Sequence record: NC_071039.1
Strand: one strand, 5' to 3'
Length of the DNA stretch: 64,000 nt
Part shown: piece after piece, positions 9,883 to 20,645 of the stretch
Position numbering within the stretch: the stretch's first letter is position 1
Layout of the letters: the number at the start of each line of letters is the position of its first letter
The notes under the pieces: model-generated
Databases searched by the model: none
What the model saw: the letters and a program-made list of their open reading frames with translations, nothing else
What the model was told of the DNA's origin: nothing
Made by a program: the position numbers and the translations under genes

Positions 9883-9929
9883 GACAACAAGTTTCAGTAA
9901 CGTACTAATTCAATACAATTACGTACACT

Positions 9930-9937
9930 GATAAATA
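9930..9937 (+). promoter_or_regulatory. candidate late promoter (GATAAATA) heading the structural block
   Basis: Motif 22 nt upstream of ATG 9960; resembles the T4 late consensus TATAAATA. Confidence 0.6.
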
Positions 9938-9959
9938 CTGCATAATAATAGAGGTCAAA

Positions 9960-10394
9960 ATGAGTATTAGAAAATCTGTATTAATGCTGCAAGGTGCAAG
10001 TTTTGACGGAGAAATGAAAATAGTAGGTGAAAGAGTTAGGGCTGACAACTTTTTCGGTTTTACTGACGGAATTCATACAGTATCTATGTCTTATTATAAT
10101 TTTAAAGGATACTTTATGCTTCAAGGAACTCTATCTATGAATCCAGAAGAGTCGGATTGGTTTAATATAGATGTAACTGAACGAAATAGAAGAACCACTG
10201 TTTTACGTTTCCCCGAAGATCCGGCGCATCCTACAGGCGAGAAAAACGGCGATACCGGTACAAAGGCATTTACTTTTATAGGTAATTTTACTTATCTAAG
10301 AGCAGTTGTATCGTGGGAAGGATATATACCGCCGCCTGTACTTGTAACAAACGAAGATATGGGTAGTGTAGATAAAGTGCTGTTAGCAATGTAA
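9960..10394 (+). CDS. hypothetical protein, probably virion-associated
   Basis: 144 aa, beta-rich, behind a late-type motif and ahead of the fibre genes. Confidence 0.6.
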   Translation: MSIRKSVLMLQGASFDGEMKIVGERVRADNFFGFTDGIHTVSMSYYNFKGYFMLQGTLSMNPEESDWFNIDVTERNRRTTVLRFPEDPAHPTGEKNGDTGTKAFTFIGNFTYLRAVVSWEGYIPPPVLVTNEDMGSVDKVLLAM

Positions 10395-10407
10395 GGTTAA
10401 AAAGAAT

Positions 10408-13400
10408 ATGAGTATACAATCAGGTCCTTCTGTATTAAATCAATTTGTTCCAGATTTTCTGATAGATAGTACACCAACTAATGGTCAATTTTTAGTTTAT
10501 GACGATACTGTCCAGGCATTTGTAAATAGCACAAATCCCAGAATCGTATTAGATTCGTCTAATATATTAGACGGTTCTATAACAATTGATAAACTTGCAA
10601 TATCTGGTAATAAAGTACCTGGATACGTACTAACTATAACTTCCGCAGGCGGAATGGCATTTTTACCAGTACCTGGCAGCGGCAGACAGCTACCTAGTCT
10701 AGGTGAATTACTAGACACAAATATAGTATCTCCTACTGTAACCCAATATCTTAAATGGGACGGTTCTGCATGGGTTAATAGTAATATAACGTTAAATGAT
10801 GTATCAGATGTCTCTGTTATCTCCCCTACAGCTGATGATGTATTAGCATGGGAATCAGGTTCTTGGACAAATAAGAAAATAGATTATACATCACTAACAA
10901 ACAAACCAGATTTGAGTGATGTAGTTAGATCTAGCGAATTGTCATCAGTTGCATTCAGTGGTGATTATAATGATTTAGTAAATATTCCCAGTGCAACTTC
11001 TAATACTATAGTTGGATTAACAGATGTTAACGATACTGCACTACCCAACGGATTCTTGCGCTGGAACGCAAGTGGTGATGAGGTAGAATTTATTACTTCA
11101 ATTTCTGCTACTGTAATAACCGGGTTAGCTCCAGTTGCTACTAGTGGAAATTATAATGACTTATTAGGAAAACCTAATTTGTCAGTGTATCCGCTTAGAA
11201 CTGAATTTTCCACTGTTGCAACCACCGGTAATTATTCTGATTTGAACAATGTGCCTTTGACATTTGCACCAAGTGCGCATACTCACCCGGCTGCACAAAT
11301 CACAGGATTGGCATCTGTAGCTACTAGCAACGATTATAACGATTTAGTTAATAAACCGACTGCAATGGCGCCAACCGCACATACGCATGCTATATCTGAT
11401 ATTATAGGATTGCAAAATTCGCTAGATAGTAAATTGACTGTCAATTTAACTACTAGACTTCCAAAAGATGTTATTTATTTTAACGGCACTTCATGGATAA
11501 ACAAGCAATTATCTTATACTGATATTTCCGGTACTCCTAACTTAGATAACTATGTTACTGATTCAGAATTATCTACTGTTGCTACAACTGGCAGATATTC
11601 TGATTTAATAAATAAACCCGAGTTAGTAGAAAATTTAAACGACTTATTAGACGTAGATGTTTCTTCTAAACAGACAGGGAACGTATTAACCTGGAACGGA
11701 ACAGCATGGGTTGCTAGTGCAATAACACAAGCAAGCATAGATTGGGCTAATATAAGCAATAAACCAAGCGTTTTTAGCCCCGCTGCGCATACACACGACG
11801 TAGTAGACGTACTAGGCCTGCAAAGTTTACTAGACAGCAAACTTGACGCAAATATTGCATTCGACGGCGATTATAATAGTTTAACAAATAAGCCGGGGTT
11901 AATAGATCTTCAAGATACATTTAGTCCTGCTGTACCTAATGGATTCTTACGGTGGAATAATTTAGGTACCTTAGTTGCATATCAAGATTACATATATCCG
12001 CAAGATATTTCAGGATTGTCAGATGTTGCTATATCGGGTCAGTATTCAGATTTATTGGGTACCCCTTCCTTATCGACTGTTGCTATAACCGGGAGTTATA
12101 GCGACTTAATTGATGCGCCGCCTGCGTTTGACGGCGATTATGATAGTTTAACAAATAAACCGTTTATTCCTACTAATTTTGATTTTAAATTTATAGGTTT
12201 GAATGATGTAAGTCCCACAGTTCAGCCCGGTGGCTATTTAAAATGGAACTTAGACGGTTCATTTGTTGTATCGTCAGCAAACATTCCTGCAACAGATGTA
12301 GCAGGATTGTCTGTTGTGTCTACAACCGGACAATATTCAGATTTATTAGGCAAACCGTTATTAGCTACAGTTTCTTCGTCGGGTAGTTATACTGATTTAA
12401 TAAATATTCCTACTGAATTTAATCCAGCCGAACATACCCACAATATAGCAGACGTATCAGGATTACAGGCATCCCTAGACAATAAATTAAATACCTCTGA
12501 TGCATTTAGTGGTGATTATAATGATTTAACCAACGCACCTACTAATAGTTCATATTCATTAGTGGGATTATCAGATACTAATTCTGTACCTGTTGCAAAC
12601 GGATTCTTACGCTGGAATGCATCTGGAAGTAGTGTTGAATATATTCAAACAATTCCTGTAAATGCAATAACTGGATTGGCTCCTGTCGCATCATCTGGCC
12701 AGTATGCAGATTTGCAAGGAACACCGGATTTATCTGACTATGTTTTATCTGTATCATTAGCTGACATAGCTACGACTGGAGAATATTCAGATTTAATAAA
12801 TGCACCCGATTTAAGTGTGTATGCTAATAAAACTGATCTGTCAGATGTAGCTACAACAGGACAATATTCGGATTTGTTGGGTATTCCTACGCAATTTACA
12901 CCGACAGTTCATGTCCATAACGTTTCTCAAATAAGTGGATTAGCTACTGTTGCTACTAGCGGAAGTTATGATGATTTATCTAATAAACCGTCGTTTGCTA
13001 ATGTTGCAACTACAGGCAGCTATGATGATCTAAACAATAAACCATCCATACCTACTAATGGCAGTTTTAGTTTACTTGGGTTAAATGATACAAATAATAC
13101 GCCAGTTGCAGATGGTATATTGCGTTGGAATTCCAGTGCAAATCAGGTAATATATGCAAATACAATCGATGCACAATCTGTTTCTGGATTAGCTACTGTT
13201 GCGACTATAGGTAAACTATCTTCATTAAGTGATGTAGATTTAATAGGGTTGAACCAGAATGAAATATTGCAATGGAACGGTTCTGCATGGGTACCTGTAC
13301 CTTATAATCCTAATCAAATACAAGCTTACATAGAGAGCGGAAATACAAAAGTTTCTACTAACGATATTTTAGATAGCATTGTTCTAACAGCAGGACCTAC

Positions 13401-16400
13401 CACTGGAAATATAATATTCGAGTTAGGAAATACAAATAGCTCAATTATTCTAAATCCAGTTGCTAATAACGTAGATGCTCTTATTTCTTCTACTTCTAGA
13501 ATAAAATTAGATTCATCTACTGGCATATCATTAGGTAATATAAGTTATCCAATGACCGACGGTACAGTTGGGCAAGCAGTAGTTACAAATGGAGCTGGCC
13601 AACTATCGTTTGAAACGGTAGTTAAACCCTCTCAATTGGCTACAGTTGCTACTAGTGGAAATTATAATGACTTAACTAATAAACCTACATTAGTAACTGA
13701 ACTAAACGGACTTGCTGACGTTCGTATGCGTGATACTAATGGAAATTATTTAGCACAACCAGAGGATGTGTTAACATATTCTAACGGAATATGGCAAGCA
13801 CGACCGAACACTAGTTCTTCTTTTATAGGTTTAAGCGATACCCAAAATATAACATTGCCAGAAGATAGGGCTAATGCATACTTACGTTGGGATACTACTG
13901 GAAATCTAATTATATACGAAGATAGTATTTCTGCAAGCGTAATTGCCGGATTAGCAGAAGTAGCAACCACAGGAGATTTGCACGATTTAATAAATGTAAA
14001 TGTAAATTTACCTGATATGAACAATCCAGCTACACAAGCTGTTTGGGGTTTAATATGGGATCGTCAGAATCAACGTTGGATAAATTACAATTTACGTAAT
14101 ATAGCAGGTTCGGGTGGATCTACAGTAGTAGCATTGAATGACTTAACTGATGTTACTCTTACTTTCCCTGTAGTTGACGGTAATGTTCTTAGAGCAACTG
14201 TGCAACCAGACAATAGTATTGTTTGGCAGAACAAACAACTATCTTATAGTGACTTAACTGGAACTATAAGTATGAGTCTGTTGCAATTAACTGATACTAG
14301 TTCATCTGCTGTACCTAATGGATTCTTGCGGTGGGATTCATCGGGTAGCACAGTTCAGTATATTACTACAATAAGTACAAATGATATAACTGGGTTAGCT
14401 CCGGTTGCTACCAGTGGAAATTATAATGACTTATCTAATAAACCTGCTATACCGGCATCAATTAACGATTTAGCAGATGTTAATACCGTTAATCCTGTTC
14501 CTACAAACGGATATGTATTAACATGGGATAGTAGTTCGAATAATTGGATTGCAAAAGAACCTGCAACTAACCCATCTGGTAGTACAGCCCTAGCTGATCT
14601 AACAGATGTATCTCTATCTGATCTAGCTGCTAGTGATGTTTTAAAATACAACGGCACTACATGGGTAAACGAACCAGTTACGTATTCTGAATTAACAGAT
14701 TTACCTACATTTGCGTTAGTTGCATTCAGTGGTGATTATAATGATTTAACTAATAAGCCATCGGGATCTACTACATCTATACTAGATCTAACTGACACTG
14801 CAGATACTGCACTACCCAACGGATTCTTGCGCTGGAACGCAAGCGGTGATGAGGTTTTATATCAATCATCTATTGATGTTTCTGATATAATAGGATTATC
14901 CGGTGTAGCTATAAGTGGTGATTATAACGATTTATCCAATAAACCGGAAAATAATTCGTATTATTTTAGAAAGTTAGCTGACGCAGGAAATCCGCAGCCT
15001 AATACATTTATAAAATATCCTGCGTTTACTATTCCGCCCGGTAGTGATATAGACGATGTTAATCCTATACTCGAATATGTAAGTAGCATAAATGCACTAA
15101 CTGACATAGATAACCTAGCTCCGGTTGCTACTAACGGAATACTAGGAAGTTTAGTAGACGTAAATCTAAATTCAGTAGAAGACGGACAAGTTCTTACTTA
15201 TGATGCTGTAACAAATAGCTGGATAAACAAAAATAGTTCAGGATCGCCGGTAGTAACTTCGTGGACAAAGATAAATGGCAACTATACTGTAACTGGCTCA
15301 GAATATTTATTGGTAGATACGACTTCTGCTAGTGTAACAATTACTCTGCCTGTTGCCCCTACCGAAAATATGGTAATTCGTATTGCTGATTGGAAAGGTA
15401 CATTTAGAACAAATAGTTGCGTAGTGAATACCAATGGCATGCCTTTAATGGGTGCTAGCATGGATAACACACTAACTATTCAGAACCAAAATGCAAGTAT
15501 AGAGTTAACATTTGTAGACACAACGTACGGTTGGAAAATAACAGATGGTATAGGTGAGATATCTAAACAAAACATTCCAGTTACGAACTGGCGTACTGTG
15601 GATTCATCTAGCACTCCTGCTATGCTAATAGCTCAACCGGGCGAAGCAATTTATGTTAATACCAACAATGGTGCAGTAACTGTTAAATTACCGACAGGAG
15701 CAAGTGTTAACGCTGTTGTCAGAATAGCTGACTTGTTAGGTACTTACGATAAAGCAAGTTGCTTTGTAGATGGCAACGGCAACCCAATAATGGGTAAAAA
15801 CGAAATATTAGAAATTGCAAACGAAAATGCTTCTATAGAATTTACATACGTCGATTCGGTAGTCGGGTGGAAAGTAACAGACGGCATAGGTGAGTTAGGT
15901 AGAAAAACTGATATTGCATCTGATTCGGATATAATAGTTTATGTAGCTACAGACGGTAACGACACTACAGGAAGTGGAACCGAAGAATCTCCATTTGCTA
16001 CATTAAATGCTGCTTTCCTTAGTCTAGATGGCAAATTTGTAAATAGTTCTGCAGAAATTATAGTTCGTGTTGCAGAAGGTGTCTACGAACCTACCAATCC
16101 TGTTGCGTTTAGTCACATTCAGGGAATGAATGTAAAACTTATAGGCGAATTGCCCCAAGCAAGTAGTTCATTCACTGTTACTAATATAACCAATGATGCA
16201 GGATTGGCAAAAGTAACAATGCAACTTTCTTCTGTCAGTGACTACGAAGTAGGGGACATTATAAAGATTACGTCGGCAGCAACTATGTTAGAATGTGTTG
16301 AAATTATAACAGCAATAAACACAGGATCTAATACTTTAGAGATAGTAATTCCTAATAGTGTATTAGCCGATGTATCTGACTATACTGGGTACACCGGAAC

Positions 16401-17118
16401 TATATCTAAATTCACTACAGTATTTAAAAATACAAACATGTATGTAGCTGGCGGATATTCGTTAGGTTTCATAGATAACATAGCGTTAGTAGACGATACT
16501 GGATTAGGAACTGCACTTACTGTAGGAAGAACATATACCACAGGTATATATGATGGACCTGCGTATGTTGGTTTAGGTGCAAACTTTGCAGTATATGGAT
16601 ACGAAACTGCAATACAATCTATACCGGGTTCCAGTGTAGTATTGGCAGGAAATCTATGCAGGCAAGCAGGCGCTGCAATCCGTGCAGACGGTTCTATATT
16701 GTCATTTAATGCCGGACAATCTGTTTATATTGCAAACCAAGCACAAGATGGTATTGTGTTAAAACACGGAAGTAAACTAATACACAACGACGATGCTAGT
16801 CAATCGTTTGTATTTGTGATATTCAATAATATCAAATCCGGCACAATCCTGTCGTTAGATACAAGTATATCTACTGCTAATTTTGAAGTTAAAAACTCAG
16901 AAGGCATAATGATAGCTGCAACCAGACATAGTACAGTTGATGCTAGATCAGCTATTGTATCTGGAACAATAACGGGCGATTTAGAAGTAAATGCAACAGG
17001 CATGTCTGTAATCAGCATAAACGAACCTGCAGACAGTACAGATATACCATTAGCAGTTGTTTGTAATCCTGCTTATGGATCTAATATAGAATTACAAAAA
17101 GGTTACATAGGATTATAA
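10408..17118 (+). CDS. very long repeat-rich tail fibre / virion fibre protein
   Basis: 2236 aa. Many V(A)T(S/T)G.Y.DL.NKP, L.GL.DT....NGFLRWN and HTH...I.GL repeats. Two tandem xDT...xTxxLP...RIAD..G..NG.PxMG modules like those at the N-terminus of T4 gp34. Beta-rich C-terminal domain. Confidence 0.75.
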   Translation: MSIQSGPSVLNQFVPDFLIDSTPTNGQFLVYDDTVQAFVNSTNPRIVLDSSNILDGSITIDKLAISGNKVPGYVLTITSAGGMAFLPVPGSGRQLPSLGELLDTNIVSPTVTQYLKWDGSAWVNSNITLNDVSDVSVISPTADDVLAWESGSWTNKKIDYTSLTNKPDLSDVVRSSELSSVAFSGDYNDLVNIPSATSNTIVGLTDVNDTALPNGFLRWNASGDEVEFITSISATVITGLAPVATSGNYNDLLGKPNLSVYPLRTEFSTVATTGNYSDLNNVPLTFAPSAHTHPAAQITGLASVATSNDYNDLVNKPTAMAPTAHTHAISDIIGLQNSLDSKLTVNLTTRLPKDVIYFNGTSWINKQLSYTDISGTPNLDNYVTDSELSTVATTGRYSDLINKPELVENLNDLLDVDVSSKQTGNVLTWNGTAWVASAITQASIDWANISNKPSVFSPAAHTHDVVDVLGLQSLLDSKLDANIAFDGDYNSLTNKPGLIDLQDTFSPAVPNGFLRWNNLGTLVAYQDYIYPQDISGLSDVAISGQYSDLLGTPSLSTVAITGSYSDLIDAPPAFDGDYDSLTNKPFIPTNFDFKFIGLNDVSPTVQPGGYLKWNLDGSFVVSSANIPATDVAGLSVVSTTGQYSDLLGKPLLATVSSSGSYTDLINIPTEFNPAEHTHNIADVSGLQASLDNKLNTSDAFSGDYNDLTNAPTNSSYSLVGLSDTNSVPVANGFLRWNASGSSVEYIQTIPVNAITGLAPVASSGQYADLQGTPDLSDYVLSVSLADIATTGEYSDLINAPDLSVYANKTDLSDVATTGQYSDLLGIPTQFTPTVHVHNVSQISGLATVATSGSYDDLSNKPSFANVATTGSYDDLNNKPSIPTNGSFSLLGLNDTNNTPVADGILRWNSSANQVIYANTIDAQSVSGLATVATIGKLSSLSDVDLIGLNQNEILQWNGSAWVPVPYNPNQIQAYIESGNTKVSTNDILDSIVLTAGPTTGNIIFELGNTNSSIILNPVANNVDALISSTSRIKLDSSTGISLGNISYPMTDGTVGQAVVTNGAGQLSFETVVKPSQLATVATSGNYNDLTNKPTLVTELNGLADVRMRDTNGNYLAQPEDVLTYSNGIWQARPNTSSSFIGLSDTQNITLPEDRANAYLRWDTTGNLIIYEDSISASVIAGLAEVATTGDLHDLINVNVNLPDMNNPATQAVWGLIWDRQNQRWINYNLRNIAGSGGSTVVALNDLTDVTLTFPVVDGNVLRATVQPDNSIVWQNKQLSYSDLTGTISMSLLQLTDTSSSAVPNGFLRWDSSGSTVQYITTISTNDITGLAPVATSGNYNDLSNKPAIPASINDLADVNTVNPVPTNGYVLTWDSSSNNWIAKEPATNPSGSTALADLTDVSLSDLAASDVLKYNGTTWVNEPVTYSELTDLPTFALVAFSGDYNDLTNKPSGSTTSILDLTDTADTALPNGFLRWNASGDEVLYQSSIDVSDIIGLSGVAISGDYNDLSNKPENNSYYFRKLADAGNPQPNTFIKYPAFTIPPGSDIDDVNPILEYVSSINALTDIDNLAPVATNGILGSLVDVNLNSVEDGQVLTYDAVTNSWINKNSSGSPVVTSWTKINGNYTVTGSEYLLVDTTSASVTITLPVAPTENMVIRIADWKGTFRTNSCVVNTNGMPLMGASMDNTLTIQNQNASIELTFVDTTYGWKITDGIGEISKQNIPVTNWRTVDSSSTPAMLIAQPGEAIYVNTNNGAVTVKLPTGASVNAVVRIADLLGTYDKASCFVDGNGNPIMGKNEILEIANENASIEFTYVDSVVGWKVTDGIGELGRKTDIASDSDIIVYVATDGNDTTGSGTEESPFATLNAAFLSLDGKFVNSSAEIIVRVAEGVYEPTNPVAFSHIQGMNVKLIGELPQASSSFTVTNITNDAGLAKVTMQLSSVSDYEVGDIIKITSAATMLECVEIITAINTGSNTLEIVIPNSVLADVSDYTGYTGTISKFTTVFKNTNMYVAGGYSLGFIDNIALVDDTGLGTALTVGRTYTTGIYDGPAYVGLGANFAVYGYETAIQSIPGSSVVLAGNLCRQAGAAIRADGSILSFNAGQSVYIANQAQDGIVLKHGSKLIHNDDASQSFVFVIFNNIKSGTILSLDTSISTANFEVKNSEGIMIAATRHSTVDARSAIVSGTITGDLEVNATGMSVISINEPADSTDIPLAVVCNPAYGSNIELQKGYIGL

Positions 17119-17119
17119 T

Positions 17120-17506
17120 ATGTCTAATTTAAATGATTATTTCGGCGGAACATCTAATAGCACTGGGAGTTATCCCAGTGCTATTCCTGCAAAAAGAATT
17201 AATACTTCTGCAACTACTATTACATCTGGCGAAACTAGAGACTTTATTTTAGGAGTATCATCGGGTGCTGTGTTATTCCTCGCTGTCTCTACAATAATAG
17301 GTAACCAAACAGACACATACGAACTTTATATAAAAATAGGATCTAATATAGTAATAGATTTCGAAACAATAACTGGTAATTTTAATACAAATCAACCTGC
17401 ATTTTTATTAGGTTCGGGTACAGCAACCCTTACAGTACATAATACATCTGCAACAGATATGATGTTTAGTTCAAACACATATTTTGCACCAATATCTCTT
17501 AGTTAA
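17120..17506 (+). CDS. small fibre-associated protein
   Basis: 128 aa, coupled to the fibre gene; N-terminus MSNLNDYFG is shared with the next gene. Confidence 0.6.
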   Translation: MSNLNDYFGGTSNSTGSYPSAIPAKRINTSATTITSGETRDFILGVSSGAVLFLAVSTIIGNQTDTYELYIKIGSNIVIDFETITGNFNTNQPAFLLGSGTATLTVHNTSATDMMFSSNTYFAPISLS

Positions 17507-17532
17507 TAAAAGGGCTTAAAAGCCCTTTTATT
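17505..17532. terminator. bidirectional terminator
   Basis: AATAAAAGGGCT-TAAA-AGCCCTTTTATT. Confidence 0.85.
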
Positions 17533-17621
17533 ATATTTTACCTATGTTAAAATACTACTAAAATCTGGTAAATATTGTGATAACAATATAATAGATTTTA
17601 GCTAAGTGTAAAAGGAAACAT

Positions 17622-20600
17622 ATGTCTAATTTAAATGATTTTTTTGGATCAAGTGGATCAGAAGGCGGGGGAGCCGAAGTTAAAAGACTAGACGACTTAG
17701 TAGACGTTTCTGTAGCTAGTCCAACTAACGGTCAAACCCTTGTTTTTGACAACACAGGCTGGGTAAACAGAAAACTTAGCTACAATGATTTATCTAATCT
17801 TCCGTCTATATCAAACACATTAAGTGGATTAGATGATGTAGACACTGCCGGTACTATAGCCGGATATGTATTACAATTTAACGGAATAAAATGGGTAGGT
17901 ATGCCTGCCAGTAGTTCCATTTCGTTAGACGATTTATCTAATGTTGCTATTACAGCACCCTCAATAAACCAAACACTGCTATTTAATGGATCAACATGGT
18001 ATAACGGATCTGTAGATTTTAATAATTTAATAAACACACCCGTTATTCCTACACAGTTAGGCGATTTGTCAGATGTTTCTGTCAGTGCTTCTACTCAAGA
18101 AGGAAGTGTACTAGTTTTTAGAACAGGACAATGGATCGGTTCTGTAATAAATTACAACGATTTGTCAAATACTCCCACAATACCGCAAAACAATTCATTT
18201 ACATTCTTAGGTTTATCTGACACCAATGATATACCCGAAGCAAATGGATTCTTAAAATGGAACAATTTAAGTACAGAAATAGAATATGTTACTTCAATTC
18301 CTTCATCTGCCATATCAGGATTGGCTAATGTTGCAACAACCGGTTTATTATCCAATTTAGTAGATGTGAATGTCAATGGTGTATCTAATGGCCAGGTTCT
18401 AACATATAATTCCTCTTCTAGCACATGGGTTCCTACTACACCATCAACTGGCGGCGGAGTAAGCGATCCTACTGCTATTTTTAGTACAGACGGTAATACA
18501 TATATTAATACTGAAGAGTTAGTAGACGAGCTAGTTTTAAAAACCGGACCTAGTTCTGGAAATGTAAATATCATTCTTGGCGGCGGAGGGAAGATTGTCG
18601 TCGAAGGTCAATCTCCGGAAATAATATCGGAAACTAGTTTAAAATTAACAGGTAGCAATTTATATTTAAATGAATTGTCTTGGCCTACAACTGACGGAAC
18701 TAGCGGTCAAGTTTTAGCTACAGACGGAAACGGAAATCTCTCATTTATAACAGTATCGTCTGGTGGAACTACTATACTTATAAACTGGCGCGGCGAATGG
18801 GAAGAAACTAGTTATAATATAAACGACGCTGTAAGTTATGCTGGTTCTAGTTATATATGTGTTGCTGAAGTAGCTGGCGGCGATATTTCTGTTCCGCCTA
18901 GCAATACAAACTTAAATTGGAATATACTAGCACTAAAAGGTGAAGACGGATCATTCTTTACTTATACGGGAACTTATGATTCTAATACTGAATATGTAGA
19001 TAAAGATGTAGTTTATTATAACGGTTCATCTTATGTAGTGTTAGACGGGCAAGGACCTATTACAGGAATCACCCCCACTGACCAATCTAAATGGGGTATA
19101 TTAGCGTTAGCTGGTTCTGGAGGAACAGGCAGTGGTTTTACTTACAAAAATGAATATAATAATTCGGAAACTTATCAAGACCAAGACGTTGTTAGTTATG
19201 GAGGATCTTCATACATTGTTAGTCCTGGCAACGGTCCTGTTACTGGTATTTTGCCTACCGATTCTTCTATTTGGGGTATTATTGCACTCAAGGGTCAAGA
19301 CGGGTCTGGAACAGGTAACCAGTCGCTTGAAGATTTAACTGATGTATCTAGTGCCACTCCTACTTCAGGGAATGTGTTAGTAGCTAACGGGTCATCATGG
19401 TCTTCTTCTAAGTTATCATATAGTCAACTCCAAGGTCTACCCACTTTATCTGTAGTTGCTACTTCTGGTAGTTATAATGACTTATTAGATAAACCTTCTA
19501 ATACAGGAACATTTATTGGATTATCAGATACTGATACTCCTTCCCTACCGAATGGATTTTTAAAATGGAATGCACAAGGAACATCTATATCTTATGTACA
19601 ATCAATATCTTCAGAATCTATTTCTGGTTTGGCTACTGTTGCTACTACCGGTGATTATAGCGATTTAACTAATACACCTAACATACCAGTTGTGCTAGAC
19701 GACTTGACCGATGTGAATTTAGTTACACCTCCTGTAACAGGACAAGCTTTAGTATACAACGGTACGTATTGGTTGGCAGGCAATGCCGGAAGTGGTTCTA
19801 GCACACTAGCATCATTAACTGACGTTAACTTAACTACTCCTACCAACAATCAAGTATTATCGTATGACAATACACAAAATTTGTGGATTAATACACAAAT
19901 CGATTATGATGATATTTTAAATACACCTAGTATACCCGTAAATAATAGCTTTAGCTTGGTTGGGTTGAACGACACGGATAATTCTGCTATTCCGAACGCA
20001 TTCTTAAAATGGAACTCAACTGGGAATTCAGTAGAATATGTTCAGTCTATTTCTGCTAGTAGTATAACAGGATTATCTACTGTTGCTACAACTGGAGACT
20101 ACAACGACTTAACTAATTTACCTTCTATTCCAGAAAATATAAGTGATTTAAATGACGTAGATACATCTACTGCACCTACCGATGGTCAAATACTCATATA
20201 TAGTGCAGCACTAGGAAAATGGATTCCTGGTGATCAAAGCGGTACTAGTCCGTCTCCAGGTGGCTTCCCCGGCGAATGGTTAAAAATCAATTATACCCCC
20301 GGCAACTTAATAGGTACAATCGAGTGTTCGCCTAATATATCATACACTATAGTAGATAATGTTGCAAATAATAATCTTACTTTAGATTTAGTATTTGCAA
20401 ATAGACCATACCCGCCTGCCGGATGGATGTGGTATGGTTACTTAGTAACACAAGGCAGATATGTATTAAAAATGCAAGATACTACTAGTCATCCGCATAC
20501 GTTAGAGCTTACAACTACTGAAAATCCATTTGGGACAGGAACTGGAAAATTATCAGGATTCCAGTGCAGGGTATCAACTACTGGAGCCCAAAGTTATGGT

Positions 20601-20642
20601 CCTCTTCAGCCTACGCATGCATATGTGATATTTGGGTGGTAA
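17622..20642 (+). CDS. second repeat-rich fibre protein
   Basis: 1006 aa. Same L.DL.DV, NGFLKWN and ATTG.Y.DL repeats as 10408-17118, plus three (W/Y)xGxY/W...Y...DxVxYxGSSY modules resembling carbohydrate-binding repeats. Confidence 0.72.
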   Translation: MSNLNDFFGSSGSEGGGAEVKRLDDLVDVSVASPTNGQTLVFDNTGWVNRKLSYNDLSNLPSISNTLSGLDDVDTAGTIAGYVLQFNGIKWVGMPASSSISLDDLSNVAITAPSINQTLLFNGSTWYNGSVDFNNLINTPVIPTQLGDLSDVSVSASTQEGSVLVFRTGQWIGSVINYNDLSNTPTIPQNNSFTFLGLSDTNDIPEANGFLKWNNLSTEIEYVTSIPSSAISGLANVATTGLLSNLVDVNVNGVSNGQVLTYNSSSSTWVPTTPSTGGGVSDPTAIFSTDGNTYINTEELVDELVLKTGPSSGNVNIILGGGGKIVVEGQSPEIISETSLKLTGSNLYLNELSWPTTDGTSGQVLATDGNGNLSFITVSSGGTTILINWRGEWEETSYNINDAVSYAGSSYICVAEVAGGDISVPPSNTNLNWNILALKGEDGSFFTYTGTYDSNTEYVDKDVVYYNGSSYVVLDGQGPITGITPTDQSKWGILALAGSGGTGSGFTYKNEYNNSETYQDQDVVSYGGSSYIVSPGNGPVTGILPTDSSIWGIIALKGQDGSGTGNQSLEDLTDVSSATPTSGNVLVANGSSWSSSKLSYSQLQGLPTLSVVATSGSYNDLLDKPSNTGTFIGLSDTDTPSLPNGFLKWNAQGTSISYVQSISSESISGLATVATTGDYSDLTNTPNIPVVLDDLTDVNLVTPPVTGQALVYNGTYWLAGNAGSGSSTLASLTDVNLTTPTNNQVLSYDNTQNLWINTQIDYDDILNTPSIPVNNSFSLVGLNDTDNSAIPNAFLKWNSTGNSVEYVQSISASSITGLSTVATTGDYNDLTNLPSIPENISDLNDVDTSTAPTDGQILIYSAALGKWIPGDQSGTSPSPGGFPGEWLKINYTPGNLIGTIECSPNISYTIVDNVANNNLTLDLVFANRPYPPAGWMWYGYLVTQGRYVLKMQDTTSHPHTLELTTTENPFGTGTGKLSGFQCRVSTTGAQSYGPLQPTHAYVIFGW

Positions 20643-20645
20643 TAT

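Noticed and set aside
9881-9910. sigma70 promoter at TTGACA 9881
   Set aside because: No good -10 hexamer at 16-18 nt; the GATAAATA motif at 9930 explains expression of the structural block better.
10408-20642. Diversity-generating retroelement or CRISPR-like array among the fibre repeats
   Set aside because: The repeats are in-frame protein modules; no reverse transcriptase, no adenine-specific TR/VR pair and no repeat-spacer periodicity seen.
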